A DNA stretch of 42,754 nt from a virus (taxonomy: Duplodnaviria > Caudoviricetes): positions 1 through 42,754 of IMG/VR virus record IMGVR_UViG_3300048854_000104; one strand, 5' to 3'. The number at the start of each line of letters is the position of its first letter. Within the stretch, counting starts at the first letter, position 1. A program made the translations under genes and the position numbers. Below are positions 14,673-23,856 of the stretch, in pieces. Below the pieces are notes generated by a model that did not search any database, was not told where the DNA came from, and saw nothing but the letters and a program-made list of their open reading frames with translations.

Positions 14673-14911
14673 ATGCCCAAGGTAGACCGCCCCGGAAGCC
14701 GAAGCCTCCGGGGCGGGACGCTTTGACTGAGTCTTAGCGTCTAACGACCGGATCGGGCGGAGAGACGTACGCCGTCCGGTCGCTTCGTTACCGCGCGCCT
14801 GCCGGGGTCTCGGGCAGCAAGCGGTGCTCATGGGGTTCCCCTCCCCCAAGATCATTAAATTTGCCTGGCTGGGCAAAGACAACAGGTCATGATCACTAGA
14901 CCGTTGGGCGG

Positions 14912-15145
14912 GTGCCTCTCGACCCGATGCCCGACTGGGTACTCTCCCGCCGCAGGGAGATCGGGGCACGCATCCGTACCTGCCGCGAACGCGCCGGCCT
15001 CACCCAGCTCCAGCTCGGCAACCTCATCGGCCGCGACCACCGGACCATCCACCGTTGGGAGTACGCGATCCGAATTCCCACCCTCGAAGACCTGCTGCTC
15101 CTCGCGGACGCCATGGAGATCTCGCTGGCGGAGCTGGTGAAGTGA
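14912..15145 (+). CDS. XRE-family HTH regulator (77 aa)
   Basis: IGARIRTCRERAGLTQLQLGNLIGRDHRTIHRWE....PTLEDLLLLADAM. Confidence 0.9.
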   Translation: MPLDPMPDWVLSRRREIGARIRTCRERAGLTQLQLGNLIGRDHRTIHRWEYAIRIPTLEDLLLLADAMEISLAELVK

Positions 15146-15183
15146 CCCGCCGCAGGCGTCGGGGGTACGCACTGCGGCGGGTC
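15144..15183. terminator. Stem-loop between convergent genes
   Basis: gacccgccgcag / ctgcggcgggtc; a second hairpin lies at about 15190-15210. Confidence 0.65.
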
Positions 15184-15216
15184 GGCGGCCGGCCCGCAGG
15201 GGGCGGGCCGACCGCG

Positions 15217-15558
15217 TCATTCCGTCTCCGGCCTGCCCCGGTCGGAGACGGAAGCTGCGGTCAGGGCGAGTCGGTACAGGGCCCGCGCGTCTATGCAGTA
15301 GCAGGTTGGGGTGCAGTACGCGCACGTGCGTATGTGGGTGTCGTACACCTTCGCCGCTTGCTCGCGTACGCACTCGCGACAAGCTCGCGGGTGCCACCGG
15401 AACAGGGCTCCGTCGATGACGCTGATCCGTGGACCCAACTCGGTCTCGGGTCTACTGCCGCACCAGACGCACCGATCGCCCTCGATCTGCTCGTACGGCA
15501 GATCGGCCGCGCGCGGCATGGGCAGCATCTCGATGCCGTCCACGAAGCCCGGGTGCAC
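15217..15558 (-). CDS. Cys-rich zinc-finger protein (113 aa)
   Basis: CVWC, CREC, H...CAYC...C.C. The start is uncertain. Confidence 0.75.
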   Translation of the reverse strand: MHPGFVDGIEMLPMPRAADLPYEQIEGDRCVWCGSRPETELGPRISVIDGALFRWHPRACRECVREQAAKVYDTHIRTCAYCTPTCYCIDARALYRLALTAASVSDRGRPETE

Positions 15559-15747
15559 TCACTCGTCCGGGAGATCAGCGAGGGGGACGAGGTCGTGAAT
15601 CTTGCGGCACGGCGCGCACGCGAACAGGCTGCCGCCGGATCCGGACCCCTGCTCCTGGAATTGGATGAGTCGGATGGTTCGGCTCATTCCGTTGTGCCAG
15701 CTACACCAGCCGTAGCCGGTCGTGGGTTCCTGCTCGGCGCGCGTCAC
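15559..15747 (-). CDS. Small zinc-finger protein (62 aa)
   Basis: WCSWH...EQGSGSGG.LFACAPCR; GTGA overlap; GAGG RBS. Confidence 0.75.
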   Translation of the reverse strand: MTRAEQEPTTGYGWCSWHNGMSRTIRLIQFQEQGSGSGGSLFACAPCRKIHDLVPLADLPDE

Positions 15748-15986
15748 GTGCTCACCTCGTCTTTGATCTCGGCCCAGACCTCCGGGCCCTCCGGCGTGTA
15801 CGAGCCGCCCCATCGATCAGCCGTGCGCAGGGCGTCGTATGCCTGCTTCCAGCGCTCCACCTCGGCGGGGGGCGGGGCGGTGGCGTGCAGGCGTATCCCG
15901 CCATCGATGGGGTGCAGGCGCACCGGATCGTTGAGTGCGCGCTCTAGCGCGGTCCGTAAGGCCGCAGCTCTCAGGCTTATGGGCAT
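15744..15986 (-). CDS. Hypothetical protein (80 aa) with a TTA codon at position 10
   Basis: MPISLRAAALRTALERAL...; TTA at 15959-15957. Confidence 0.7.
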   Translation of the reverse strand: MPISLRAAALRTALERALNDPVRLHPIDGGIRLHATAPPPAEVERWKQAYDALRTADRWGGSYTPEGPEVWAEIKDEVST

Positions 15987-15999
15987 ACCCGTTCCCCGC

Positions 16000-16030
16000 T
16001 CTCATGCGAGAGAGTAACTCTCGTACGAGA
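16000..16030. promoter_or_regulatory. Tandem palindromic operators TCTC-N4-GAGA between divergent genes
   Basis: TCTCATGCGAGA (16000-16011) and the perfect palindrome TCTCGTACGAGA (16019-16030). Confidence 0.65.
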
Positions 16031-16083
16031 CTAGACCGAGCCGCACTACTCTGTCACGTAAGTCACACAGAAGGGGGCACACG

Positions 16084-16839
16084 GTGAGCACCGAGACGCC
16101 GCTGTACCTGCGGGTAGCCGAAGAACTGCGTGCTCGCATCGAGAGCGGCGAGCTGCAACCCGGCGACCGCTTGCCCTCCGGTGCCGAGATCTCAGCGAAA
16201 TACGGTGGGAGCAACAGCGTCGCCTCCGGCGCCTACCGCATCCTCATTGACGACGGCCTTGTCGTGCCCCGCCACGGCGCCGGCCACTACGTCCGCAGCC
16301 GGGAAACCCCCGCGCTGCTCGTGCGCCGCCATCGACCGCGCAGCGAGGACAGCCCCTTCGCGCAGGGCGCCGCCGAGCAAGGATCGGTAGGAACGTGGCG
16401 GCCTGAATCGACAACCGAGCAGGCGACCGACACGGTGGCCGCTCGGCTCGGCATCAGCCCCGGTGACTCGGTGATGCACACCTCGTACGTGTACCTGGTC
16501 GACGACCAGCCAGTGCAGCTCGCCGAGTCTTGGGAGCCGCTCGCGCTCACCGGGCAGTCGCTGATTGCACTGCCGGAGATGGGGCCATACGCGGGGATCG
16601 GGGTGGCAGCACGGATGAGGATCCTGTCCATCGAGGTGGGGGACCCCGTCGAACAGGTGCGGTCGCGGATGGCCACACGGCAGGAGGCGCAGGCCCTCGG
16701 CATGACGCCACCCGGGCCGGTGATGTTCATCGAGCGGACGTACTACGACCAGGCCACCGGACGCCCTGTCGAAACCGCGGACATCGTGATGCGCGGCGAC
16801 CGGTGGGTGGCCGTGTACGGGCAGGCTCCGCAGATCTAA
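16084..16839 (+). CDS. GntR-family regulator, HutC/UTRA subtype (KorSA-like architecture)
   Basis: [27 protein letters not shown]...GAGHYV; C-terminal UTRA-like RTYYD..GRPVET. Confidence 0.92.
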   Translation: MSTETPLYLRVAEELRARIESGELQPGDRLPSGAEISAKYGGSNSVASGAYRILIDDGLVVPRHGAGHYVRSRETPALLVRRHRPRSEDSPFAQGAAEQGSVGTWRPESTTEQATDTVAARLGISPGDSVMHTSYVYLVDDQPVQLAESWEPLALTGQSLIALPEMGPYAGIGVAARMRILSIEVGDPVEQVRSRMATRQEAQALGMTPPGPVMFIERTYYDQATGRPVETADIVMRGDRWVAVYGQAPQI

Positions 16840-18260
16840 CTCGCCGCGGCCCACACGTTGTTCGCGTCCGGCGTGTACCCGCTCAAGACGATCGACGAGG
16901 CGAGGGCCGTCTGCCCTGACGCGCTTCGGCAGTACCGGTACGAGGACGCCGCCAGGTTGGCGTTGCCCGGGGTGAACGTGTTGCCATGCGTCGACCCACA
17001 CGAGAAGTTCGGCGAGGTCGTGCCGTTGAACAGCATCGCCACGTAGTACTTGCCGGCCGCGGCCGCGTAGGGCGTGGTCAGGTTCATCGACTTCGCGCCG
17101 ACGCTGTTCCACACGGTGGACTGGTCCGCGGTGATGCCGACCCGGTTGCCGCTGGAGTCGTACAGCCCCGCGAGGCACTGGCCGGACGTCAGCCCTGAAC
17201 CGGCGGTGCCGATGACGGCGTGCACGCGGTTGATGGTGGCGGCCTGCCTGAGCACCAGCTCGATGAGGTAGATGAATCCGGCGGACAGTGCGGTGCCGGA
17301 TGATCCGCAGGCGGACGGGTCGAACGGCCACGCGATCAGGCCGTGGTCGGCGGGTGTCCACACATTGCCGTACGAAGCGAGGCTCAACGCGCCGATGGCT
17401 GACGGGGCGAGCGCGTCGGAGCCGCCCGCGGCGTGGCTGGCAGCGTGGCCCGTGGGGGTGCGCGCGTTCGTGGTGGTCGGGTCGTCGCTCTTCAGCGCGA
17501 TCGTCGGCCCTGCACCCGCGGCGCCGAGTGCAGGCTGCGGGCCCGTCGCCCCGGTCGCCCCCGTCGCGCCGGTGTCGCCCTTCACACCCTGCGGTCCCTG
17601 GTCTCCCGTGTCCCCCTTCGGCCCGGTCGCCCCCGTCGCGCCCGTTGCACCAGCTGCGCCGGCAGGGCCCGTTGCGCCCGGATCTCCCTGCGGTCCGGCC
17701 GGACCGGTGGCCCCGGTGTCGCCCTTCGGCCCCGCCGCGCCCGTGGCGCCGGTCGCACCTGCTGAGCCGGTCGCTCCGGCTGGGCCCTGCGCACCCGCCG
17801 GACCTGGGTCACCGGTGTCACCCTTGGCGCCAGCCGGGCCGGTGGCGCCTGCGGGCCCGGTTGCACCCGCAGGACCAGCGGGACCCGCCGGGCCTGGCGG
17901 TCCGGGTACGAGGACGTACTCGCCGTCGTCCGCGCCAGCGTCGACCAGGTCGGACAGATCCACCGTGCCGAGAGAGTGCGGCAGGGAGATGTACAGGGCG
18001 TCGCCGCCCGTCTCCACGCGGTACGTCCACCCCGTCGGGTCGAACCCCTCAGCGTCCGTCGCCACCAGGTCCACGGTCCACTGACCAGCGGCGTCGGGCT
18101 TGACGACGACGGGGTCACGCTCAACGACGACGCCCCACTCCGCACCGACGACGCGCTCCGGCACGAGCCGGATCTTCACGGGCAGCGGGCGGCCGTTGCC
18201 GTCAGCGAGGGTCTGGTGTCCGGTCAGGGTGACGGTCTGCACCCCATCAGGGAACGGCAT
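16836..18260 (-). CDS. Collagen-like tail fibre / receptor-binding protein
   Basis: 41 consecutive Gly-X-Y triplets between beta-rich N- and C-terminal domains; HAASH..GG.D motif. Confidence 0.85.
   Translation of the reverse strand: MPFPDGVQTVTLTGHQTLADGNGRPLPVKIRLVPERVVGAEWGVVVERDPVVVKPDAAGQWTVDLVATDAEGFDPTGWTYRVETGGDALYISLPHSLGTVDLSDLVDAGADDGEYVLVPGPPGPAGPAGPAGATGPAGATGPAGAKGDTGDPGPAGAQGPAGATGSAGATGATGAAGPKGDTGATGPAGPQGDPGATGPAGAAGATGATGATGPKGDTGDQGPQGVKGDTGATGATGATGPQPALGAAGAGPTIALKSDDPTTTNARTPTGHAASHAAGGSDALAPSAIGALSLASYGNVWTPADHGLIAWPFDPSACGSSGTALSAGFIYLIELVLRQAATINRVHAVIGTAGSGLTSGQCLAGLYDSSGNRVGITADQSTVWNSVGAKSMNLTTPYAAAAGKYYVAMLFNGTTSPNFSCGSTHGNTFTPGNANLAASSYRYCRSASGQTALASSIVLSGYTPDANNVWAAAS
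17535..17903 (-). repeat. Collagen Gly-X-Y coding repeat (41 triplets)
   Basis: GPP GPA ... GAT GPQ, uninterrupted. Confidence 0.9.
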
Positions 18261-18269
18261 GACGGCTCC

Positions 18270-18575
18270 TTAGTTCAGGTCGTCCCACGGGGACAGATCA
18301 AGATCCGGCGGTGGCGGTGGCGGTTGCACTCCAGTTCGACGCAGCGCCTCACGGAGATCCCGCACGTACGACAGCAGCATCCGCTGCGAGCGGCGCAGCT
18401 CGGACACCTCCTGCTCCCGCTTCTCCCGCTCCTGGTCCAGCCGCTTCGTAATCGACTCGAAGGTGGGCACCTTGGCCTGCTCGCGGGCAGCAGCACGAGA
18501 CGTGACCCCCGTGTAGATCGTCCCCAACAGCGCAAGGAACGCCACACCGAGCGCGCTGATCACACCACTACTCAC
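18270..18575 (-). CDS. Lysis-cassette membrane protein (N-terminal TM plus coiled coil)
   Basis: VISALGVAFLALLGTIYTGV, then a charged coiled coil and a Pro-rich tail. Confidence 0.8.
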   Translation of the reverse strand: MSSGVISALGVAFLALLGTIYTGVTSRAAAREQAKVPTFESITKRLDQEREKREQEVSELRRSQRMLLSYVRDLREALRRTGVQPPPPPPDLDLSPWDDLN

Positions 18576-19014
18576 GTCTCACCTCCGGGCCGGGCGGGAG
18601 TGGTACGGGTGTTGCATCCCGCCAGCCCGCGATGATGAGCAGGCGCAGAGCCGCGCCGCCCCACGTAGCCGCACCAGTCCACGCACCCGGGTACGACCCG
18701 GACAGGTAGGCGCCGGCATACGCGATGCCCCACAGGGCGGGCGGGAACATGGCGCAGGCGAACCCCAACTGCAAGAGGACGGGCCGGTCGGCGATAGCCG
18801 CCACTGCGGCGACTGCGCCGCCCGCGATCCACGCCCACCCCCATGCGGTGATCGGGGCCAGGTTGGCGAGGACGGCGGCGGACCGGACCGTGACTGGACG
18901 TGGGTCCTGTACGACCGACACTCCGTACAGCAGCCAGCCGACGCCCGCGACGAATAGGTACGCCCGCCGCCGCGCCTTCGTGCTGCACAGAACCCGCCGC
19001 CGCCCTCGCATCAC
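18568..19014 (-). CDS. Lysis-cassette 4-TM membrane protein
   Basis: Four hydrophobic segments; coupled to the holin. Confidence 0.8.
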   Translation of the reverse strand: MMRGRRRVLCSTKARRRAYLFVAGVGWLLYGVSVVQDPRPVTVRSAAVLANLAPITAWGWAWIAGGAVAAVAAIADRPVLLQLGFACAMFPPALWGIAYAGAYLSGSYPGAWTGAATWGGAALRLLIIAGWRDATPVPLPPGPEVRRE

Positions 19015-19280
19015 ACGCCCTTGGCGAGGCTCGCGGAGTTCTTCGCGCCGAAGGCTCTGGCCAGCATCCCCTTCAGCAGAGTGCCCGCGGCGACGATGCC
19101 CGCCGTGGCCATGGTCTGCCAGAAGCTGGCATGGAACATGTCGGCCGGGCCCGCAGCCACAGCCACGCCGCCCGCCGCGACTACGGCCGTGGCTAGGGTG
19201 CGCTCGGCGAGGTCGCGGCCATAGGTGGCGGCCGTCTTGACGACGGTCTCGGCGTCGCCGGGCAGGTTGATCTCAGACAT
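19011..19280 (-). CDS. Holin (r1t-like)
   Basis: RDLAERTLAT...two TM...NSASL; directly after the endolysin. Confidence 0.8.
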   Translation of the reverse strand: MSEINLPGDAETVVKTAATYGRDLAERTLATAVVAAGGVAVAAGPADMFHASFWQTMATAGIVAAGTLLKGMLARAFGAKNSASLAKGV

Positions 19281-19292
19281 GATCTTTTCCTT

Positions 19293-20198
19293 TCAGACGT
19301 TGGGAACGTGCAGCTTGGACCAGGAGGCCGAACCCGGGATGCCGTCGGCGGCGCTGCCGGTGTAGCCGAGCTTTCGCTGCCACGCTGCGTAGGAGGCCAC
19401 GTCACCGGAGCCCCATACGTCGGAGTTGGCCGACGACTTGTACTTGTTGCAGCCCTCGGCGACGAGGCGCTTGTGCATCGCCGCGATGATCGGGCTGCTC
19501 TTCCCGGCTTTGAAGAGCGAGGCGCCCGGGAACGGCTCGTACGTGGGCGTGCTCGGCTTGGTCGGCGACGTCGGTGTCGCAGCCTTACCGAGCCGGGTGG
19601 CGACCCGCTTCCGCATGTCGACCATGGAGAACCCGCGCGGATCCGACTTCCAGTCCGACCACTCCAGGTGCCCGATGATCGACCGCTCGCGCCAGCCGTG
19701 GTGACGGCAGATCGCCGCCGACACCCGCTCGATCGCCTCCAACTGCGCGGCCGGCCACGGGTCCTTACCGTCGCCGAGGTTGATGCACTCGAAGCCGTAG
19801 AAGTGCACGTTGCCATCGATGGCGCCCGCGCTGCCCTGGTGCTCGTGCGGTGCCGGCGGACGGTCGCCGTAGCTCTCGGCGGACACCGCCGCCAGCACCT
19901 TCGGGTCGCCGCCGCCCGCGTGGTTGGCGCGGCCGAAGCCGACCAGGTGCACGACGCCCTGCTTGTCGATGACGCCGTGACACAGCGGGCCGGGCAGGTC
20001 GCTGTCGCCGTCTCTGCACAGCGCGACGGTGTTGCTGACGCCGGAGCTGACGGTGTGGTGGATGACCACACCGTTCACCGGCCCCCATGCGCCCTTGCTG
20101 TTGCGGTTGTGGGTCTCCCAGTTGCCGACTTCCACGACGGTGACGCCTTCGGCGCGCAGGGCCGCGATGAACTGGGAGGCGGTCATAGGTGTGGCCAT
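19293..20198 (-). CDS. Endolysin: N-acetylmuramoyl-L-alanine amidase plus C-terminal peptidoglycan-binding domain
   Basis: VIHHT, GPLCH, GRANHAG, YGFEC, IGHLEW...KSDP; C-terminal WQRKLGY...ADGIPG..SW. Confidence 0.93.
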   Translation of the reverse strand: MATPMTASQFIAALRAEGVTVVEVGNWETHNRNSKGAWGPVNGVVIHHTVSSGVSNTVALCRDGDSDLPGPLCHGVIDKQGVVHLVGFGRANHAGGGDPKVLAAVSAESYGDRPPAPHEHQGSAGAIDGNVHFYGFECINLGDGKDPWPAAQLEAIERVSAAICRHHGWRERSIIGHLEWSDWKSDPRGFSMVDMRKRVATRLGKAATPTSPTKPSTPTYEPFPGASLFKAGKSSPIIAAMHKRLVAEGCNKYKSSANSDVWGSGDVASYAAWQRKLGYTGSAADGIPGSASWSKLHVPNV

Positions 20199-20210
20199 GG
20201 GTGGTTCCTT

Positions 20211-20690
20211 TCAGAGGAGTTGCGCGTAGCGGGGGGAGCCGCCGATCGAGCCGCCGCCGCCGTACTTGCCGCCCGTCGTGGCGCCCGCAGTACGACGCAC
20301 CTGCACCTGCACCTTCAGCTGGGGGTTGGCGAGGTACGGGCTGAGGTCGAGGGTCAGCGCCGGGAGGACGTAGGAGAACGTGGCGGGCACCGTGCCGGAG
20401 GCCCCGACGTTGGCGTCGAGGAGCACCTGCCAGTCGCCGCCGCTGTTCGTCGAGGAGACGACGTCGCCGAGGAACACCAGGCCGAGCGCGAGCGTGGCCG
20501 TGCGAGGGCTGAGGATCGTCTCCCACAACGTCACGAACGACGTGGCGTCCTCGTAGACGAGGCCGTGCTGCGACGTCGGGTAGAAGGGCAGTTCGTCCCG
20601 CTCCCAACCCGTCCGCTGAAGCGCCGCGAGTTGCTGCTCGACAGTCGTCAGCCGCTGGAGGAAGTTGGGGGACTTCTGGACCTTGGGCAT
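20211..20690 (-). CDS. Minor tail protein (159 aa)
   Basis: MPKVQKSPNFLQRLTTVEQQLAALQR: N-terminal coil and beta-rich body; synteny. Confidence 0.7.
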   Translation of the reverse strand: MPKVQKSPNFLQRLTTVEQQLAALQRTGWERDELPFYPTSQHGLVYEDATSFVTLWETILSPRTATLALGLVFLGDVVSSTNSGGDWQVLLDANVGASGTVPATFSYVLPALTLDLSPYLANPQLKVQVQVRRTAGATTGGKYGGGGSIGGSPRYAQLL

Positions 20691-21898
20691 CAGACCCCCA
20701 CACAGGTCAACTTGATGCGTTCGGGCCCGTTCACGCTCGTGTTCTGGATGGCGATGATGCGGAGCACGCCCTCGCGGCCGTTCGGTGACTGTGGCTCGGG
20801 GTCGATGACGAACAGAGCCTCGTCGCCCACGCTGTAGCTGCCGAACTGCGGGTCGGTGTCCGCGCTGACCTCGAAGGTGGGCTGCACCTGCGAGCCGGAT
20901 GCCGCGTCCAGGTCTGCGTTCGTCAGGCTCTGCACCTGGTCCTCGTCGGTCACCCCGTCGTAGGAGGCAACGCCTTCGAGGAGCGGCCACCCCGAATCAA
21001 TCAGATCCTGTGCAGCCGCCGTCTTCACGATCTTCGCCTCACCCGTGCCCGCCCCGAGCCCCGACATCTCCGTGACCATCGAGGTGCCGTCCTCGGGCCA
21101 GTCGTAGGAGAGGATCGAGCCCGCGCCGCCGCCCTTCGAGAACACCAACCCGGAGTCGTCAGCGTCTCGGCCGCGCCGCGGGTACCACGTCCGGGCGCGG
21201 CGGTACCTCGTCGGCGGGTTGTTGTTCGCGATCGGCGTCCACCCGACCTCGATCGTGAAATCAAACCCGTTGTCGGCCGCCGCCAGATCCGCGATGGCCT
21301 TGTAGATCTCCGGCCGCTCGTATCCGTAGTACGTGACGTCGCGGGTGATCCCGTCCGGCGACACTGCTAGCGCGTTGGTGTCGACGTGGATATCGCCGCC
21401 TACCTGGTCGTTGGCGTACCGCAGCAGCGACCACACCACGAATTTCTGATCCGCGTAGATCCTCTGCCCGCCCGCGTCCACGTAGGCGGGGTTGGTCAGC
21501 AGCGACGTGTCCGTGGACAGCGTCTTCTTCACGAAGCGGTGCTGGTAGTACGAGAGGAACTCGGAGGCCTGGATCGACTTCCCGCCGGTCGTGTCCTCGC
21601 GGGTCCAGACGATGCCGCCCCACACGAGGACGCCGTCCCGGTCGACGTACACCGCGGTGCGCACCGGGGTGGACGCAGTCTCCGGATCGAGTGGCAGCGT
21701 CTCGTCGTTGTACGGGATGGTCGCGCTGAGGGTGCCGACGCCGTTGAGCGAGTACGAGTACGAGACACCCGCCAGGGGCAGTTCGGCGAGCAGCGTGTCC
21801 GTACGCAGGTCAGCGAACAGGTACGTGTACGTGTGCTGCGGCTGGTCGCTGGCCACGGACCCGACGAGCGACGACATGGCCATCAGGTCGACGGTCAT
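20690..21898 (-). CDS. Minor tail protein (tail tip/hub, Gp37-like)
   Basis: YTYLFADLRT..LLAELP, VDRDGVLVWGG, I.SYDWPEDG; synteny. Confidence 0.8.
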   Translation of the reverse strand: MTVDLMAMSSLVGSVASDQPQHTYTYLFADLRTDTLLAELPLAGVSYSYSLNGVGTLSATIPYNDETLPLDPETASTPVRTAVYVDRDGVLVWGGIVWTREDTTGGKSIQASEFLSYYQHRFVKKTLSTDTSLLTNPAYVDAGGQRIYADQKFVVWSLLRYANDQVGGDIHVDTNALAVSPDGITRDVTYYGYERPEIYKAIADLAAADNGFDFTIEVGWTPIANNNPPTRYRRARTWYPRRGRDADDSGLVFSKGGGAGSILSYDWPEDGTSMVTEMSGLGAGTGEAKIVKTAAAQDLIDSGWPLLEGVASYDGVTDEDQVQSLTNADLDAASGSQVQPTFEVSADTDPQFGSYSVGDEALFVIDPEPQSPNGREGVLRIIAIQNTSVNGPERIKLTCVGV

Positions 21899-22989
21899 GC
21901 GATCGGCTCCACGATCAGCTGCCCGTCCGAGATACGGGTGACAGTGCCGACCGTGCCCGCGCTGGAGACGTTCCACTGCGGGGTGATCGTGAGCGCGGTT
22001 CCGGGGGTCAGCCCGTTGAGCTGGTAAGCACGGCTGGCGTAGGTGCGCGCGCCCACCGTGGTGACGCTGTTCTTCTCCGAGGCAGCCATCGTCGAAGCCC
22101 CGGACGCACGCCACCCAGCCCACGCCGTGGACGTGCTGGTGTTCGTATTCGCGACCGCCGAGCCGATCGTCACCTTCACCGAGCCGGACGGCGGGACCGT
22201 CACCGTGACCGGAGGCCACTGACCCGAGGTGAAGTCCACGAAGACACCCGTCGTGCCGAACGAGGCAGGCATGCTGACCTGGTCGGACGTCGACGGCCGG
22301 ATCTGCTCCCGAACCTGCCGCACCGTACCCGCCAGCTGCCCGACATAGAACGCGTCAGTGTCGGTGTAGTACAGCACCTGCCCCGGGTGCGGCCGAGGTG
22401 GTGCCCCGGACGACGCCACGGGCAGCACGCCGCCCGCAGCCACCGAGAACTGCCGGACGTCGGAGATGTTGCCCGCAGCCACGCTCGTCTGCGACGGCGC
22501 GATCGCCAAGTCCGCGAGGATCTGCGCGTTGGCCGGCAGCGTCCCGCGTACCGTCGCTCCCGCGCTCGCCGCGTACGGCCCTTGGACGATCTCCAGTCGC
22601 CACTCTGACGCGGACCCGGAGAGTTCCGCGTCGTAGACCGAGGCGACCACCGTGTCCCGCCGGAACTGGCCGGCCCCGCCGGCGGGGGCGACGGTCAGGG
22701 TTACGTCGCCGTCGTTGGCGCAGATGTAGGTGCCCGCGCCTCCGGTCTCGTGCTGGTCGATGAACGCGAACCCTGCACTGACGATCACGGTCATGTTCGG
22801 GGTCGCGGCCGCGCGAACCTTGAGCTGGTAGTTGGTGTAGCTGGGCTTCACCCCCTGCCTGATCCGCATCGGGGTGGACTCATCGACCAGGAACCCCGGG
22901 TAGCCGAGCAGGCCCGTGAGGGCGAGCCTGTCGTTCCGCGCCGGGTAGCTACCGGCCTGCATCCACGCGGGGGGAGTGATCACGGTCAT
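21895..22989 (-). CDS. Minor tail / baseplate protein (364 aa)
   Basis: LKVRAAATPNMTVIVSAG...RRDTVVA..YD; GAAGGAG RBS. Confidence 0.8.
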   Translation of the reverse strand: MTVITPPAWMQAGSYPARNDRLALTGLLGYPGFLVDESTPMRIRQGVKPSYTNYQLKVRAAATPNMTVIVSAGFAFIDQHETGGAGTYICANDGDVTLTVAPAGGAGQFRRDTVVASVYDAELSGSASEWRLEIVQGPYAASAGATVRGTLPANAQILADLAIAPSQTSVAAGNISDVRQFSVAAGGVLPVASSGAPPRPHPGQVLYYTDTDAFYVGQLAGTVRQVREQIRPSTSDQVSMPASFGTTGVFVDFTSGQWPPVTVTVPPSGSVKVTIGSAVANTNTSTSTAWAGWRASGASTMAASEKNSVTTVGARTYASRAYQLNGLTPGTALTITPQWNVSSAGTVGTVTRISDGQLIVEPIA

Positions 22990-23006
22990 CGGTGGATCTC
23001 CTTCCT

Positions 23007-23855
23007 CTACAGGCTCGTGTCGCGCCAGGTGACGGTGAGCAGGGACGATTGGCCCGGGGCGCCGGGCAGTGCACTGCCCCGGTAGGCGAGTTCGTTCGAT
23101 CCGGGTTGCAGCAGAGGCCACGAGGAGCCGCCCCGCACCCATGAACGGCGAGGGCTTGTGCCCATGAGGAGCACCGCACGCGACCGGGTGTCGATGATGA
23201 GGAACTCCCCGACCTGCAACGACGCGTCGATCGTGAGGTTGGCGCCCGTACCGACCTGCTCGATCGCCGGGTTCGCCACGGGGCCGTCGATGCGCAGCAC
23301 CGGGAACGCCGGGCTGGCGCCGTCGTTGACGGCCGTCACCCGCCCCGAGGTGCCCGCACTGCCGTACGTGCGGGGGAACGTCAGCGGATACGTGCGCCCG
23401 GCCGCCGGACTGTACGCGGTCGTGGACGCGCTCTTCTCGTCCAGCCCGTACAGGTACGGGTCCGCGCAGTAGAACTCAAGTGCCGCGTCCCCAAGCCGCC
23501 ACAGGTATTCGGCGTCGTACGGGATCGACCGTTTGCGGACCTTGCCGTAGACGAGGATGCCCTGATCGAGGAACTGAAGCGGGGCGGGCTGCGCCTGCGG
23601 CTGGGTCGCGTTGCGCAAGGCGACGCTCAGCGCGCGCAGGTCGTCGGGGTCGTCACCGCGCAGGCCGAGGCCGAGTTGAATCGTCCGCGCCGCAGTGTAA
23701 TCGGGGCCGGTGTAGTCGCCGTGCTGGCCCGGCCGTTCCACATCCTCGGTGCGGATGTCCGGCAGGTCATCAACCCCCGTCAGGGTGGTGACCGCGTACT
23801 GGGTGCCGGGCCCGAACGTGAGGTCGCCCCACTGGACTTGGCCGAGTGCCGCCAC
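23007..23855 (-). CDS. Distal tail (Dit) protein
   Basis: First gene after the tape measure; RPGQHG, F.CADPY.Y, W..LQPG.N. Confidence 0.85.
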   Translation of the reverse strand: MAALGQVQWGDLTFGPGTQYAVTTLTGVDDLPDIRTEDVERPGQHGDYTGPDYTAARTIQLGLGLRGDDPDDLRALSVALRNATQPQAQPAPLQFLDQGILVYGKVRKRSIPYDAEYLWRLGDAALEFYCADPYLYGLDEKSASTTAYSPAAGRTYPLTFPRTYGSAGTSGRVTAVNDGASPAFPVLRIDGPVANPAIEQVGTGANLTIDASLQVGEFLIIDTRSRAVLLMGTSPRRSWVRGGSSWPLLQPGSNELAYRGSALPGAPGQSSLLTVTWRDTSL

Positions 23856-23856
23856 G

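Noticed and set aside
14517-14969. 150-aa minus-strand ORF (or 104 aa from ATG 14831 with a GGGGAGGGG RBS-like sequence)
   Set aside because: Atypical codon usage, runs through several strong hairpins, and has no recognisable motif. Not fully excluded.
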